Positions 56,329-64,000 of a DNA stretch of 64,000 nucleotides are shown here, in pieces (position 1 is the stretch's first letter; every line of letters begins with the position of its first letter). Position numbers and translations under genes: made by a program. The DNA comes from an uncultured archaeon (GTDB taxonomy: Archaea; Nanobdellota; Nanobdellia; Pacearchaeales; GW2011-AR1), in the NCBI GenBank assembly GCA_903866625.1, contig CAIPOI010000005.1, positions 16,371-80,370 of the forward strand, given 5' to 3'. The notes under the pieces were generated by a model that was given only the letters and a program-made list of their open reading frames with translations, was not told the DNA's origin and made no database searches.

Positions 56329-56533
56329 TTCTCTAATTTTTGTAATGCTTTAGTTAAACAGTATAATTTTACTTTAGAGTTAAAACAAAACTTGATGCCC
56401 TTTACCGATGCTGAGGGTGTAGACATAAAGTTTTTTAGTACAATCTATTGCATACTTTTTAAGTTTAATTTATACCTCAACTGGAGTATAACTCCCCCAA
56501 AATCTCCTTTTATTTGAGAGATTAGTTAAGTAA

Positions 56534-56613
56534 GTAGTACCTAATAAATCAATATAACATTAATTAGGCACTACCTAAACACAAGGCTTAAATAGTTGGT
56601 TGTAGTGCCTAAT
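56534..56613 (+). promoter_or_regulatory. three-segment alternative-hairpin element in the glyS 5' leader: GTAGTACCTAAT (56534-56545), ATTAGGCACTAC (56563-56574), GTAGTGCCTAAT (56602-56613)
   Basis: Segment 2 is the reverse complement of both segment 1 (one mismatch) and segment 3 (perfect), giving two mutually exclusive 12-bp stems. Segment 3 ends 10 nt before the glyS ATG. Confidence 0.4.
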
Positions 56614-56623
56614 ATATACGACG

Positions 56624-58321
56624 ATGGCATTCATAGTTAAGAAGAAAATAAAGGGGCAGGAGTATTATTATATCCGAGAAAGCAGGAGGGTTGATGGAAA
56701 AGTTAAAGCGATTAATATTGAATACTGCGGCAAGGATAAAAAACGAGCTGAACAGAGAGTTTTTGAGCTGAATTGGGCTGGAAAAAACAGGGAAAAGATT
56801 AAAAACCAAGGGCAAGATAAGATTATTATGGTAGAAAAAAGTGAGAAGAGTGAGAAAAGTAAAATAAGTGTGGATGAATTAGCTAATTTTTGCAAAGCAG
56901 AGGGTTTTGTTTATAGATCTTCAGATATTTACGGAGGATTTTCAGGATTTTGGGATTTTGGGCCGCTTGGAGTTGAATTATTTAAGAATATAAGAGAAGA
57001 TTGGTGGAATTATTTTGTTCATCAGAAAGAAAATATGACTGGGATAGAGGCGAGTATAATTAGTCATCCGAAAACCTGGATTGCTTCAGGACATGTTGCT
57101 AATTTTAGTGATGTTGCGGTTGTTTGCAAAAAGTGTAAGAATGCAACTAAAATAGATAAAAGCGAAGTAGGTAAAGTTAAATGTGATAAATGTGGTGGAG
57201 AGTATGAAGTTAAAGGTGAATTTAGTTTAATGTTTAAAACTAAAGTTGGAGCTTTAGATTCTACAGATGCATACTTGAGGGGTGAGACTGCTCAGGGTAT
57301 GTTTATGGATTATAAACTCGTACAACAAACTTCTAGAAAACAATTGCCTTTTGGTATTGCTCAAATTGGAAGATGCTTTAGAAATGAGATTGCTCCAAGA
57401 GACTTTTTATTTAGAAGCCGTGAGTTTAATATAGCTGAATTTGAATTTTTCATTAATCCTGAAGAAAAAATTTGTAATCTTCTTGAAAAAAAGCATCTTG
57501 ATCTTAAATTAAAATTACTTGATGCAGAAACTCAACAAGAAGGAAAAGAAACTCTAAAAGAAACTACAATAGGTAAGATGCTAAAAGAGGGAAGATTAGA
57601 AGAGTGGCATGCCTATTGGTTGGCTGAACAGATAATGTGGTATAATTCTGTTGGTTTGTTTGAGATAAAAATAAGAGAGCACAAAAAAGACGAGCTTTCT
57701 CATTATTCGAGTGCTACTTTTGATATAGATTATGAATTTCCATTTGGAAGTAAAGAGCTTGGAGGAATAGCAAATAGAGGGCAGTATGATTTAACTCAAC
57801 ATGCTAAGGCAAGTAGTCAAAAAATGGAAGTAAGGGACGAAAAATATAAAAATAATGTTGTTGCAAAAGTTATAGAACCTACTTTTGGTATGGAAAGAGC
57901 TTTCTTAGCTGTTTTAACTAAAGCTTATAATTTTGATGAAAAAAGACAAAATGTTGTTCTTAAATTACTTCCTAAGATTGCTCCTGTTAAAGCAAGCGTT
58001 TTCCCTATAATAAAAGATGAAAAATATGAAAAGATTGCTAAGGAAATTGTTGCAGATTTAAGAAAAGAGTGGAATATAGCTTATGATGTTACAGGAAGCA
58101 TTGGAAGAAGATATTCTAGAAATGATGAGATTGGAACTCCAATGTGTATTACTGTGGATGAAGACACGCCTAAAGATAAATCTGTAACTATTAGAGATAG
58201 AGATTCTACTAAACAGATTCGTGTTAAGATTTCTGAACTTCGTGAAGTTGTAAGAAAAGTTATTGATGGTGAAGATTTATTGAAGTTAGGAAAACTTGTG
58301 GAGACAAGAGTTAAGGAATAG
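56624..58321 (+). CDS. glyS: glycyl-tRNA synthetase (archaeal/eukaryotic alpha2 type)
   Basis: FVYRSSDIYGGFSGFWDFGPLGVEL and class II motifs (FRNEIAPRDFLFRSREF; GIANRGQYDL), plus a C-terminal anticodon-binding domain. Confidence 0.85.
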   Translation: MAFIVKKKIKGQEYYYIRESRRVDGKVKAINIEYCGKDKKRAEQRVFELNWAGKNREKIKNQGQDKIIMVEKSEKSEKSKISVDELANFCKAEGFVYRSSDIYGGFSGFWDFGPLGVELFKNIREDWWNYFVHQKENMTGIEASIISHPKTWIASGHVANFSDVAVVCKKCKNATKIDKSEVGKVKCDKCGGEYEVKGEFSLMFKTKVGALDSTDAYLRGETAQGMFMDYKLVQQTSRKQLPFGIAQIGRCFRNEIAPRDFLFRSREFNIAEFEFFINPEEKICNLLEKKHLDLKLKLLDAETQQEGKETLKETTIGKMLKEGRLEEWHAYWLAEQIMWYNSVGLFEIKIREHKKDELSHYSSATFDIDYEFPFGSKELGGIANRGQYDLTQHAKASSQKMEVRDEKYKNNVVAKVIEPTFGMERAFLAVLTKAYNFDEKRQNVVLKLLPKIAPVKASVFPIIKDEKYEKIAKEIVADLRKEWNIAYDVTGSIGRRYSRNDEIGTPMCITVDEDTPKDKSVTIRDRDSTKQIRVKISELREVVRKVIDGEDLLKLGKLVETRVKE

Positions 58322-58323
58322 TT

Positions 58324-58878
58324 ATGGATAGATTAATTCTAGCAATGGTTTTAGCCGCAATTCCTATTATAAATTGGTTATTCAAATATTATTTTTCATC
58401 TATTCTTGGTGAATTAAACCTTTTCAAGAAGCATGTGATTACTTTTTATTCTGACTTATTATTTATTCCATTTAATTTTTTGCTGGGGTTTTGTATACGA
58501 TTTAATCTAAAATTAGTCTTCCTTTTCTTTATTGTTTCACTCTTATTATTTTTTTATATGAGTTCTTATTGGATTAAATTGCATAAGAAAGAAAAGAGAC
58601 CTGTTTATTTGTTTGATATAAAGAAAAACAAAATTAAACTTGCAGGTTATGTAGAACTATTATTTTTCACAATAGAAGCAGTAATTATTCTATCTTTCTT
58701 ATTTTCTCCAATAAGGTCTATATGGAGTATCTTTTCAGGTAGCCTATTGATTATATTTCTGCTTTTGTGTCTGCCTTCTTCATATAAGATTCATGGTAAG
58801 ATTGAAAGGTCAGATTTGATATTTGTTTTAGCTGGTCTGATTATTTTATTAATAAAACTTTTTTACCTTATCTTTTAA
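58324..58878 (+). CDS. membrane protein
   Basis: 184 aa, 5-6 hydrophobic helices. Confidence 0.4.
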   Translation: MDRLILAMVLAAIPIINWLFKYYFSSILGELNLFKKHVITFYSDLLFIPFNFLLGFCIRFNLKLVFLFFIVSLLLFFYMSSYWIKLHKKEKRPVYLFDIKKNKIKLAGYVELLFFTIEAVIILSFLFSPIRSIWSIFSGSLLIIFLLLCLPSSYKIHGKIERSDLIFVLAGLIILLIKLFYLIF

Positions 58879-59735
58879 GCAATACTCAAGAGTATAACTG
58901 AAACTACTGATAAAACAATTCCCAAGATTCTTTTGGTGGTTAATTTTTCTTTATAGATTAATGTTGCTAATATTATGGCTATAACAAAATTCAAATCATG
59001 CAAAGGAGCAACTATTGAAAGAGGGCCTATAGCATAAGCTTGAAGAACAAAGAAAAAACCTATGAAATTAAATATTCCTATGAACAAACCTATAATCCTT
59101 GCATCAACATTTGACTTCTTTTTATTATTCTCTCCGGCTATTTGTTTACTCAATATTAATACTAAAAAAATATTTATAAAATAAGCCAAAGTTATATAAG
59201 ATAATTTATTTACATAAAGTGCTGCAAACTTTTGAGCAGTAGTGGTCAGAGCACTTGTTATCATCGCAATTAGAGCTAGAGTAATTCCTACCTTGAAATT
59301 CTTAATCTTATCTTGTTTGTCATTTTTATATAGGATGAATACAACTGCAACGGCTAAAATTATTCCAACAAATTGATAGTAAGAAAGTGAATCTTTAAAA
59401 TAAAACAAAGAAAAAGCAACAACGAATATTGTGCTTACTCTGATTATTGGATAGGAAATGCTTGTTGGGATATATTTTAGAGCATTTATTCTAGTAGTTG
59501 TTGTTGCTAAAAAGGTTATGGCATTTATTACAGCAAAGAGAATAAGAAATTTAATATTTCCTATGGGCTGTTTGGTATAAACCCAAAAAATAAGTCCTAG
59601 AATTGAAACAGTCATCATAAAAGAAAGAGTTGTTTTAGCAGTATTACACTTTCTAGCTGCAGAGACCTTATATAAGAAAGTTTGGATACCGAAAGCGAAA
59701 AGAGCTATGAATGTAAAAATTAGATATTGTTGCAT
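58875..59735 (-). CDS. EamA/DMT-superfamily-like transporter
   Basis: 286 aa, about 10 TM helices in two repeated halves. Confidence 0.45.
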   Translation of the reverse strand: MQQYLIFTFIALFAFGIQTFLYKVSAARKCNTAKTTLSFMMTVSILGLIFWVYTKQPIGNIKFLILFAVINAITFLATTTTRINALKYIPTSISYPIIRVSTIFVVAFSLFYFKDSLSYYQFVGIILAVAVVFILYKNDKQDKIKNFKVGITLALIAMITSALTTTAQKFAALYVNKLSYITLAYFINIFLVLILSKQIAGENNKKKSNVDARIIGLFIGIFNFIGFFFVLQAYAIGPLSIVAPLHDLNFVIAIILATLIYKEKLTTKRILGIVLSVVSVILLSIA

Positions 59736-59777
59736 AATAAAATCTATTTTTTGAATATAAAAATATTATGGATTTAA

Positions 59778-59849
59778 TGGACTGGCCGAGAATTGAACTC
59801 AGATCTCATCCATGCCATGGATGCGTATGAACCTTTCTACCACCAGCCC
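59778..59849 (-). tRNA. tRNA-Ala (anticodon GGC)
   Basis: Reverse complement: acceptor GGGCTGG/CCAGTCC with the G3.U70 alanine identity pair, anticodon stem CATCC/GGATG with loop ATGGCAT, T arm CTGAG-TTCAATT-CTCGG. 72 nt. Confidence 0.8.
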
Positions 59850-59901
59850 TTATAATTCTCAAGAAAGAATATTTTAAAAAGGCTTTTATCTTCATAAAAT
59901 T

Positions 59902-60186
59902 ATGGAAAAAATAAAGGTGAAATTTATTGTTGATGCCCTTATGTTTTTAGATTTTCTAATCTTAGCATTTTCGGGATTTGTTCTTTGGAAAATATTAAAA
60001 CATGATGGACTTCATTTTAGAGAACAGTTTATATTTTATAGATGGGAATGGTTAGCAATACATGATTGGACTTCAGCGATATTGATAGTTTTATTATTAG
60101 TTCATCTACTTTTGAATTGGACTTGGATTAAATGTATGATTCTTGGATTATTTAAAAGAAAGAATCGAAAGGAATGTAAGATTTAA
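59902..60186 (+). CDS. small membrane protein
   Basis: 94 aa, 2-3 TM helices. Confidence 0.35.
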   Translation: MEKIKVKFIVDALMFLDFLILAFSGFVLWKILKHDGLHFREQFIFYRWEWLAIHDWTSAILIVLLLVHLLLNWTWIKCMILGLFKRKNRKECKI

Positions 60187-60210
60187 ATAGAGTTTTTATT
60201 ATAATCTACT

Positions 60211-61008
60211 ATGAATGTTGCTTGGTTCTACTCAATAGTTAGTGTACTTATTGTAAGTTTGGTAAGTTTTGTTGGAGTTTTTACTCTTGGAATAAAAGCT
60301 GAGAAACTTAGGAAAATTCTTATTTATTTTATTAGTTTTTCTGCTGGAGCTTTATTTGGAGATGCGTTTATACATCTTATGCCTGAAATAGTTAAAGAAC
60401 AGGGATTTGGGTTAAATGTTTCGGTTTATTTGTTGTTGGGAATATTAATTTTCTTTATACTTGAAAAAATTGTTCACTTTCAACAATATCATTGTCATGG
60501 TCATGAATGTGAAAGTGAATTAGAACTTGAAAAAGGAGTCCATAAATCCAAGAATCCTAAAATTCATTCGTTTGCTTATATGAGCTTAATTGGAAGTTCA
60601 TTACATAATTTTATTGATGGAACGATTATTGCTGCAAGTTATTTAGTAAGTTTTCCTATTGGATTAGCAACAACAATAGCTGTTGTTCTACATGAGATTC
60701 CACATGAGCTTGGAGATTTTAGTATTCTTGTGCATGGTGGGTTTACAAAAGGAAAGGCTTTGTTCATTAACTTTATTTCTGCTTTAATTTCTTTATTAGG
60801 AGTTGTTTTTACTTTTATGCTTAGCTCTAATCTTGGCTCGGTGGTGAATATTATTTTGCCCTTAGCTACTGGTGGATTTATTTATGTTGCGGGTAGTGAT
60901 TTAATTCCAGAGTTGCATAAGCATGGTGGATTTAAAACTTCACTAATTCAGATTTTGACTTTTATTTTAGGAATTTTAATTATGGCTGGAATGTTGGTGT
61001 TGGGATAA
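60211..61008 (+). CDS. ZIP-family zinc transporter (ZupT-like)
   Basis: HEIPHELGDF signature, a His-rich loop HCHGHECESE, and about 8 TM helices. Confidence 0.75.
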   Translation: MNVAWFYSIVSVLIVSLVSFVGVFTLGIKAEKLRKILIYFISFSAGALFGDAFIHLMPEIVKEQGFGLNVSVYLLLGILIFFILEKIVHFQQYHCHGHECESELELEKGVHKSKNPKIHSFAYMSLIGSSLHNFIDGTIIAASYLVSFPIGLATTIAVVLHEIPHELGDFSILVHGGFTKGKALFINFISALISLLGVVFTFMLSSNLGSVVNIILPLATGGFIYVAGSDLIPELHKHGGFKTSLIQILTFILGILIMAGMLVLG

Positions 61009-61038
61009 ATTTAAATAATTCTTTATTTTGTTTTAATT

Positions 61039-61362
61039 ATGGTTGAAGATTGTGTATTTTGTAAGATTGTTAATGGTGAGATACCCCTAGAGTTTTTGTA
61101 TGACTCAGATAATTTTATAGTCATTAATGATGCGCATCCCCAAACTGAAGGTCATTGCTTAATTATTTCTAAAAAACATTATGCTACCCTTTTAGATTTA
61201 CCTAATACTTTGGGTTCTGAATTGGTGTTGATTGCTAAAAAACAGGGACTAAGATTAATAAAAGAGAAGAAAGCTACAGGATTTAATTTTGACCAGAATA
61301 ATTTTTCTTCAGCTGGACAGGTAGTAAGTCATTTACATTTTCATATAATTCCTAGAAAATAA
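61039..61362 (+). CDS. HIT-family (Hint-like) nucleotide hydrolase
   Basis: CVFCKIVNGEIP...DAHPQTEGHCLIISKKH...HLHFHIIPR, a complete histidine triad. Confidence 0.8.
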   Translation: MVEDCVFCKIVNGEIPLEFLYDSDNFIVINDAHPQTEGHCLIISKKHYATLLDLPNTLGSELVLIAKKQGLRLIKEKKATGFNFDQNNFSSAGQVVSHLHFHIIPRK

Positions 61363-61414
61363 AAAGTCTCGCGAGCCCACTCATAAAATATGTGGGTCTC
61401 GTGAACTCGCTCGA

Positions 61415-61486
61415 TGGCTGCTCCAAGACTTGAACTTGGGACCCCCGCCTCATGAGAGCAGTGCTCTACCACTGAGCTAAGCAGCC
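61415..61486 (-). tRNA. tRNA with a CAT anticodon (elongator Met or Ile2)
   Basis: Reverse complement: acceptor GGCTGCT/AGCAGCC, D arm GCTC-AGTGGTA-GAGC, anticodon stem CTGCT/GGCGG (two G.U pairs) with loop CTCATGA, T arm CCAAG-TTCAAGT-CTTGG. 72 nt. Confidence 0.75.
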
Positions 61487-61559
61487 ATATAAAACTTAAA
61501 GAAAGAGCATTTTTAAACCTTAGTTGCTTCTATTAAATATCAAAAAGAGAGTAAACTGC

Positions 61560-61631
61560 CTCAAAAATATAATCTTCCCTTCGGGTTCGAGAATTGTATA
61601 TTTTTGAGACTCAGAAAATTAACATTTTCTG
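61560..61631 (+). promoter_or_regulatory. structured intergenic element: 12-bp inverted repeat CTCAAAAATATA/TATATTTTTGAG (61560-61571 / 61597-61608) enclosing CCCTTCGGG, followed by the palindrome CAGAAAAT-taac-ATTTTCTG (61612-61631)
   Basis: Read directly. It lies between the divergent tRNA-CAT gene (minus strand) and the 61671 gene (plus strand). A TATA-like TTTTAAA sits at 61511-61517, about 25 nt upstream of the tRNA 5' end. Confidence 0.35.
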
Positions 61632-61670
61632 ATTGTTTATTTTTCTTTTTATAGAGGTATAAAAATAAAC

Positions 61671-62192
61671 ATGGCTAAAGTAATGAATGCTGTTTTTGGA
61701 ATAGGTATTGCAATATTGCTTTTTATCGTAGTCATGCTTGGAGTTCAGGTTTTTTATCACGAACCTTCTTGGGAAGATTTTAATTGCAGTTATCCTTCCC
61801 AACCTTATGGTTCTATGGAACTTTGTAACGATAGTATGACTGTTCTTCAATGTAGAGAATATGTAAAAACTGCTGCTACTATTTATGATAAAGATCAAAA
61901 AGTTTATGATGAATGTAATCAAAGGTTTCAAGAAGCCGAAAAGGTTTATGGTAGAAATTTGTTTGTAGTTAATAATATTGCAGGAATAATCTTTGTAGTG
62001 GTAAGCTTATTTATTTTAATAATGCCCAACATTGCGGCTGGAACTGCTTTTTCTGGTCTAGCATTAATAGTTTATGGATTTATGAGGGGTTGGCAGGGTA
62101 TAGGAGATAAACTAAAATTTGTTGTGGCTTTAATTGTCGCAATACTCTTTATTACTTTTGCAGTTATAATAAATAGAAAATATAAGAAATAA
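61671..62192 (+). CDS. membrane protein with an extracytoplasmic Cys-containing loop
   Basis: N-terminal TM, CSYPSQPYGSMELCNDSMTVLQCREY...CNQ, and 3 C-terminal TM helices; TATA-like elements lie immediately upstream, so the transcript may be leaderless. Confidence 0.45.
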   Translation: MAKVMNAVFGIGIAILLFIVVMLGVQVFYHEPSWEDFNCSYPSQPYGSMELCNDSMTVLQCREYVKTAATIYDKDQKVYDECNQRFQEAEKVYGRNLFVVNNIAGIIFVVVSLFILIMPNIAAGTAFSGLALIVYGFMRGWQGIGDKLKFVVALIVAILFITFAVIINRKYKK

Positions 62193-62488
62193 TGGCTGCA
62201 GAACAATTTATAGGAAATCTTTCGGGATTAGCCGGAGAGCAGACTGGAAGTATTGTGAGTAATGCTTTTGGATTATTGCAGAATGTTCCTGGATTTGATT
62301 TGGTAATTAGATTATTTCAGGTTGCTGGTGCTTTGTTTATTGTTTATCTAGTCTTTCTGATTATGAAGGCTTTTGCAGGTTTAAGATCTGCAAGAAAGCT
62401 TAGTATTATTGCAAAAAATGTTGAAGAGATTAATTCTAAATTAGACCTCTTGGTAGGAAAAAGAGTTTCTAAGAAAGAAAAAAAATAA
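62192..62488 (+). CDS. small hypothetical protein with one TM helix
   Basis: 98-aa ORF that overlaps the upstream stop (ATAATGG). Confidence 0.4.
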   Translation: MAAEQFIGNLSGLAGEQTGSIVSNAFGLLQNVPGFDLVIRLFQVAGALFIVYLVFLIMKAFAGLRSARKLSIIAKNVEEINSKLDLLVGKRVSKKEKK

Positions 62489-62492
62489 AAGT

Positions 62493-62675
62493 TTAAAATT
62501 CTATTCGTTCTTGATGGCCATCGTCTCGGTCTAGAACAGTCATAACTAAATCTTCTGTTGGTGCACGCGGGCTGCGTCTCCGCTTAGGTTTATCTAAATC
62601 TATTGGCGGATGCTCAATTATTTGGCCTTCAGCAACATATGGCTGGATGTTGGTTCCTTCGCCTAACTCATACAT
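62493..62675 (-). CDS. 60-aa hypothetical protein (acidic N-terminus, basic KPKRRRSPRAP stretch) in a GC-elevated region
   Basis: The ATG is preceded at -8 by AGGAGG on the coding strand (plus-strand CCTCCT at 62683-62688); local GC is clearly above the window average. Confidence 0.4.
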   Translation of the reverse strand: MYELGEGTNIQPYVAEGQIIEHPPIDLDKPKRRRSPRAPTEDLVMTVLDRDDGHQERIEF

Positions 62676-62682
62676 ATTTTTT

Positions 62683-62688
62683 CCTCCT
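62683..62688 (-). promoter_or_regulatory. Shine-Dalgarno-like AGGAGG upstream of the 60-aa ORF
   Basis: Plus-strand CCTCCT at 62683-62688, 7-8 nt from the ATG (62673-62675). Confidence 0.4.
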
Positions 62689-62936
62689 ATTGTTTTTTCA
62701 TTTGGTTTAGTTAGAAGCCGAGCATAGTTGATACGGGCGATGAATTCAATCTTAAGTAAGTTAAGTGTTTAGAAAATCAGAGCCCGTAAATCTTAATACA
62801 GGACTCCTTTATCAGACACAGCTGATGCTAAATTAATTCCACAATTAATCATCTTAGCATTTTGTGCCATATTTAGATAACAACGTCGAAGTTTAAATAC
62901 TTTTTGGATAGTGAGAATATCTTCTTTAATAAGTCT

Positions 62937-63248
62937 CTATTTCTCAAGAACTATATCAATAGTGGAAACATTAACTTTTTTCCCTTCTTTATTTTCGAAT
63001 TCTTCACTATTAATCTTAACTTCTTTTATCTTTATATTTTCTTCTTTTAGAAATCTTTTAGCAGAGAATTCTGCCACATCTACTGCTCTTGAAATAAATT
63101 TCCCTCTTGCACGGATTATAACTTCTTTTTGGTTTTTTGTTTTAAATTGAGTTACTACGCTCGTGATATAATTCATGAAAGGTTTTTCACCTATGAATAT
63201 AACATTATCATTTTCGTTATTCTGAGAATTTTTGTTTTCTTCTGCCAT
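62937..63248 (-). CDS. albA: chromatin/RNA-binding protein Alba
   Basis: NVIFIGEKPFMNYITSVVTQF...EVIIRARGKFISRAVDVAEF...VSTIDIVLEK matches Alba/Sso10b. Confidence 0.85.
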   Translation of the reverse strand: MAEENKNSQNNENDNVIFIGEKPFMNYITSVVTQFKTKNQKEVIIRARGKFISRAVDVAEFSAKRFLKEENIKIKEVKINSEEFENKEGKKVNVSTIDIVLEK

Positions 63249-63271
63249 TGTAGTCTATTTAAGTTGTTTCT

Positions 63272-63466
63272 TTAATTTCTAGCTTTTTTTGCTTCAGTAC
63301 ACTTTATTCTAGCAATGTAACCTGCTATTTTGTTTCTAAGACTCTTGCTAGGCATAGTATTACCTATGAGTTTTTTGTTTTTTTCAAAAGTTGTATCAAA
63401 CTTATTTTCTTCTTTTAACATACTTCTTGCGGTACGTTTTATTAATGCGCCTTTTATTCTTCCCAT
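63272..63466 (-). CDS. 30S ribosomal protein S17e
   Basis: MGRIKGALIKRTARSMLKE...PSKSLRNKIAGYIARI matches S17e. Confidence 0.8.
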   Translation of the reverse strand: MGRIKGALIKRTARSMLKEENKFDTTFEKNKKLIGNTMPSKSLRNKIAGYIARIKCTEAKKARN

Positions 63467-63510
63467 ATAGTTCTTGATAGATTTTGCTTTTTAAACCTTA
63501 TGTTTTAACT

Positions 63511-64000
63511 TTAGTCCAGCTTTTCTAGATTGTTTAGTTTTTTATAGGCCTCCATCATTTCTTTTATCTTTTTTGGAGTTTCACCTTTGAATACTATTGA
63601 ATAAGGTAAATTTAACATTACTGCCTTTTTAGAAATTTTAAGTATGTCAGTTTCATCAACTTTTTTCTTATCAAAAGCAGCAAATAAGACTTCATTATTA
63701 TTCTGTTTAATTCTTAACAGCGCATATTTCTTATCGTATTCTTCTATGTTTAGAATTTCACTTCCTTTCATATTCAACACTTCTTTTATTTTATTCAAAA
63801 ATGTTTCATCAATGGTTTTCTTTTGAGCTATTTTTTTTGAAGATTTTTTAATTTCTGGCTTATCTTTTATATTCTCTTGCATCTGCTGCTTTAATTTCTC
63901 TAATTCTTTTTTCTTTTCTTCAAGTTCTAGTTTTATTCTGTCTACTTCATTATCTTTTTTTACTTCTTTTTGCTCATCTTCTTTATTTTCTAAATTTTTT
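63511..64000 (-). CDS. hypothetical protein with a K/E-rich coiled-coil N-terminus. Partial: the ORF continues in frame upstream of the Met at 63882 and beyond the window end.
   Basis: Reverse-complement reading of 63883-64000 continues in frame (...KLELEEKKKELEKLKQQ-MQENIK...) with no stop. Confidence 0.4.
   Translation of the reverse strand, partial: KNLENKEDEQKEVKKDNEVDRIKLELEEKKKELEKLKQQMQENIKDKPEIKKSSKKIAQKKTIDETFLNKIKEVLNMKGSEILNIEEYDKKYALLRIKQNNNEVLFAAFDKKKVDETDILKISKKAVMLNLPYSIVFKGETPKKIKEMMEAYKKLNNLEKLD

Noticed and set aside
55429-56623. Possibility that the tRNA-Cys 3' repeat delimits an integrated mobile element covering the small genes 55623-56328.
   Set aside because: The two repeat copies are only about 80 nt apart, so they cannot flank these genes. 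No integrase or recombinase was found, and no third copy of TCCCCCGGTGCTT was seen in this window. It is kept as a repeat or att-remnant observation only.
62489-62936. Calling this GC-rich region SRP RNA or RNase P RNA.
   Set aside because: I could not find the conserved SRP helix-8 (GGAAG...AGCAG) or RNase P CR-I/CR-V motifs by eye on either strand; only loose resemblance (ACAGAAG...) was seen. It is left as an unassigned candidate requiring a covariance-model search.
1-64000. CRISPR arrays, IS elements/transposases, integrases, restriction-modification or other recognisable defense systems.
   Set aside because: No regularly spaced direct repeats, no transposase, integrase or recombinase motifs, and no methyltransferase or HEPN/nuclease-toxin signatures were found in any ORF. 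The only repeats seen are the tRNA-Cys 3' duplication and the pilin-gene paralog repeats.

Overview
This is an AT-rich (about 30% GC), densely packed, almost entirely coding segment that looks archaeal, and the gene content points to a small-genome DPANN-like lineage (inference). Archaeal housekeeping genes are spread throughout: RadA, RPA, TFB, aIF2-alpha, aEF1-beta, Alba, Sm, SRP54 and FtsY, a separate Hef helicase and XPF-like nuclease, a RecJ/GAN-like DHH nuclease, a GINS51 candidate, Bud32, RNase Z, GlyRS, NDK, PurA, and ribosomal proteins S27e, S15, S3Ae, L44e, S8e and S17e. Ten tRNA genes were called by hand. One of them, tRNA-Thr(TGT), carries a 39-nt intron at the canonical position. 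There is an Arg-Cys tRNA tandem. The outstanding feature is a roughly 12 kb type IV pilus-like locus at 9.2-21.4 kb. It comprises a FlaI/TadA-family ATPase, a large TadC/FlaJ-like polytopic platform protein, at least 12 tandem pilin-like genes with class III (prepilin) signal peptides, and an A24-family prepilin peptidase. The pilins include recently duplicated paralogs and an unannotated 43-aa mini-pilin. The locus is preceded divergently by two coiled-coil proteins, one of them Q-rich. A second notable block at 42.6-50.2 kb sits between tRNA-Val and tRNA-Leu and encodes a 632-aa membrane-anchored protein and a 1914-aa secreted Cys-rich giant protein, neither with a recognisable domain. These are candidate surface or host-interaction proteins. 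Other oddities are listed below. A partial duplicate of the tRNA-Cys 3' end, interrupted by a hairpin-rich 53-nt insert, lies just downstream of tRNA-Cys. A three-segment set of alternative hairpins sits immediately upstream of glyS. A GC-elevated region downstream of Alba contains an SD-preceded 60-aa ORF and possibly a structured RNA. Three small membrane-protein paralogs lie beside the pilus locus. No CRISPR array, IS element or obvious defense system was seen.
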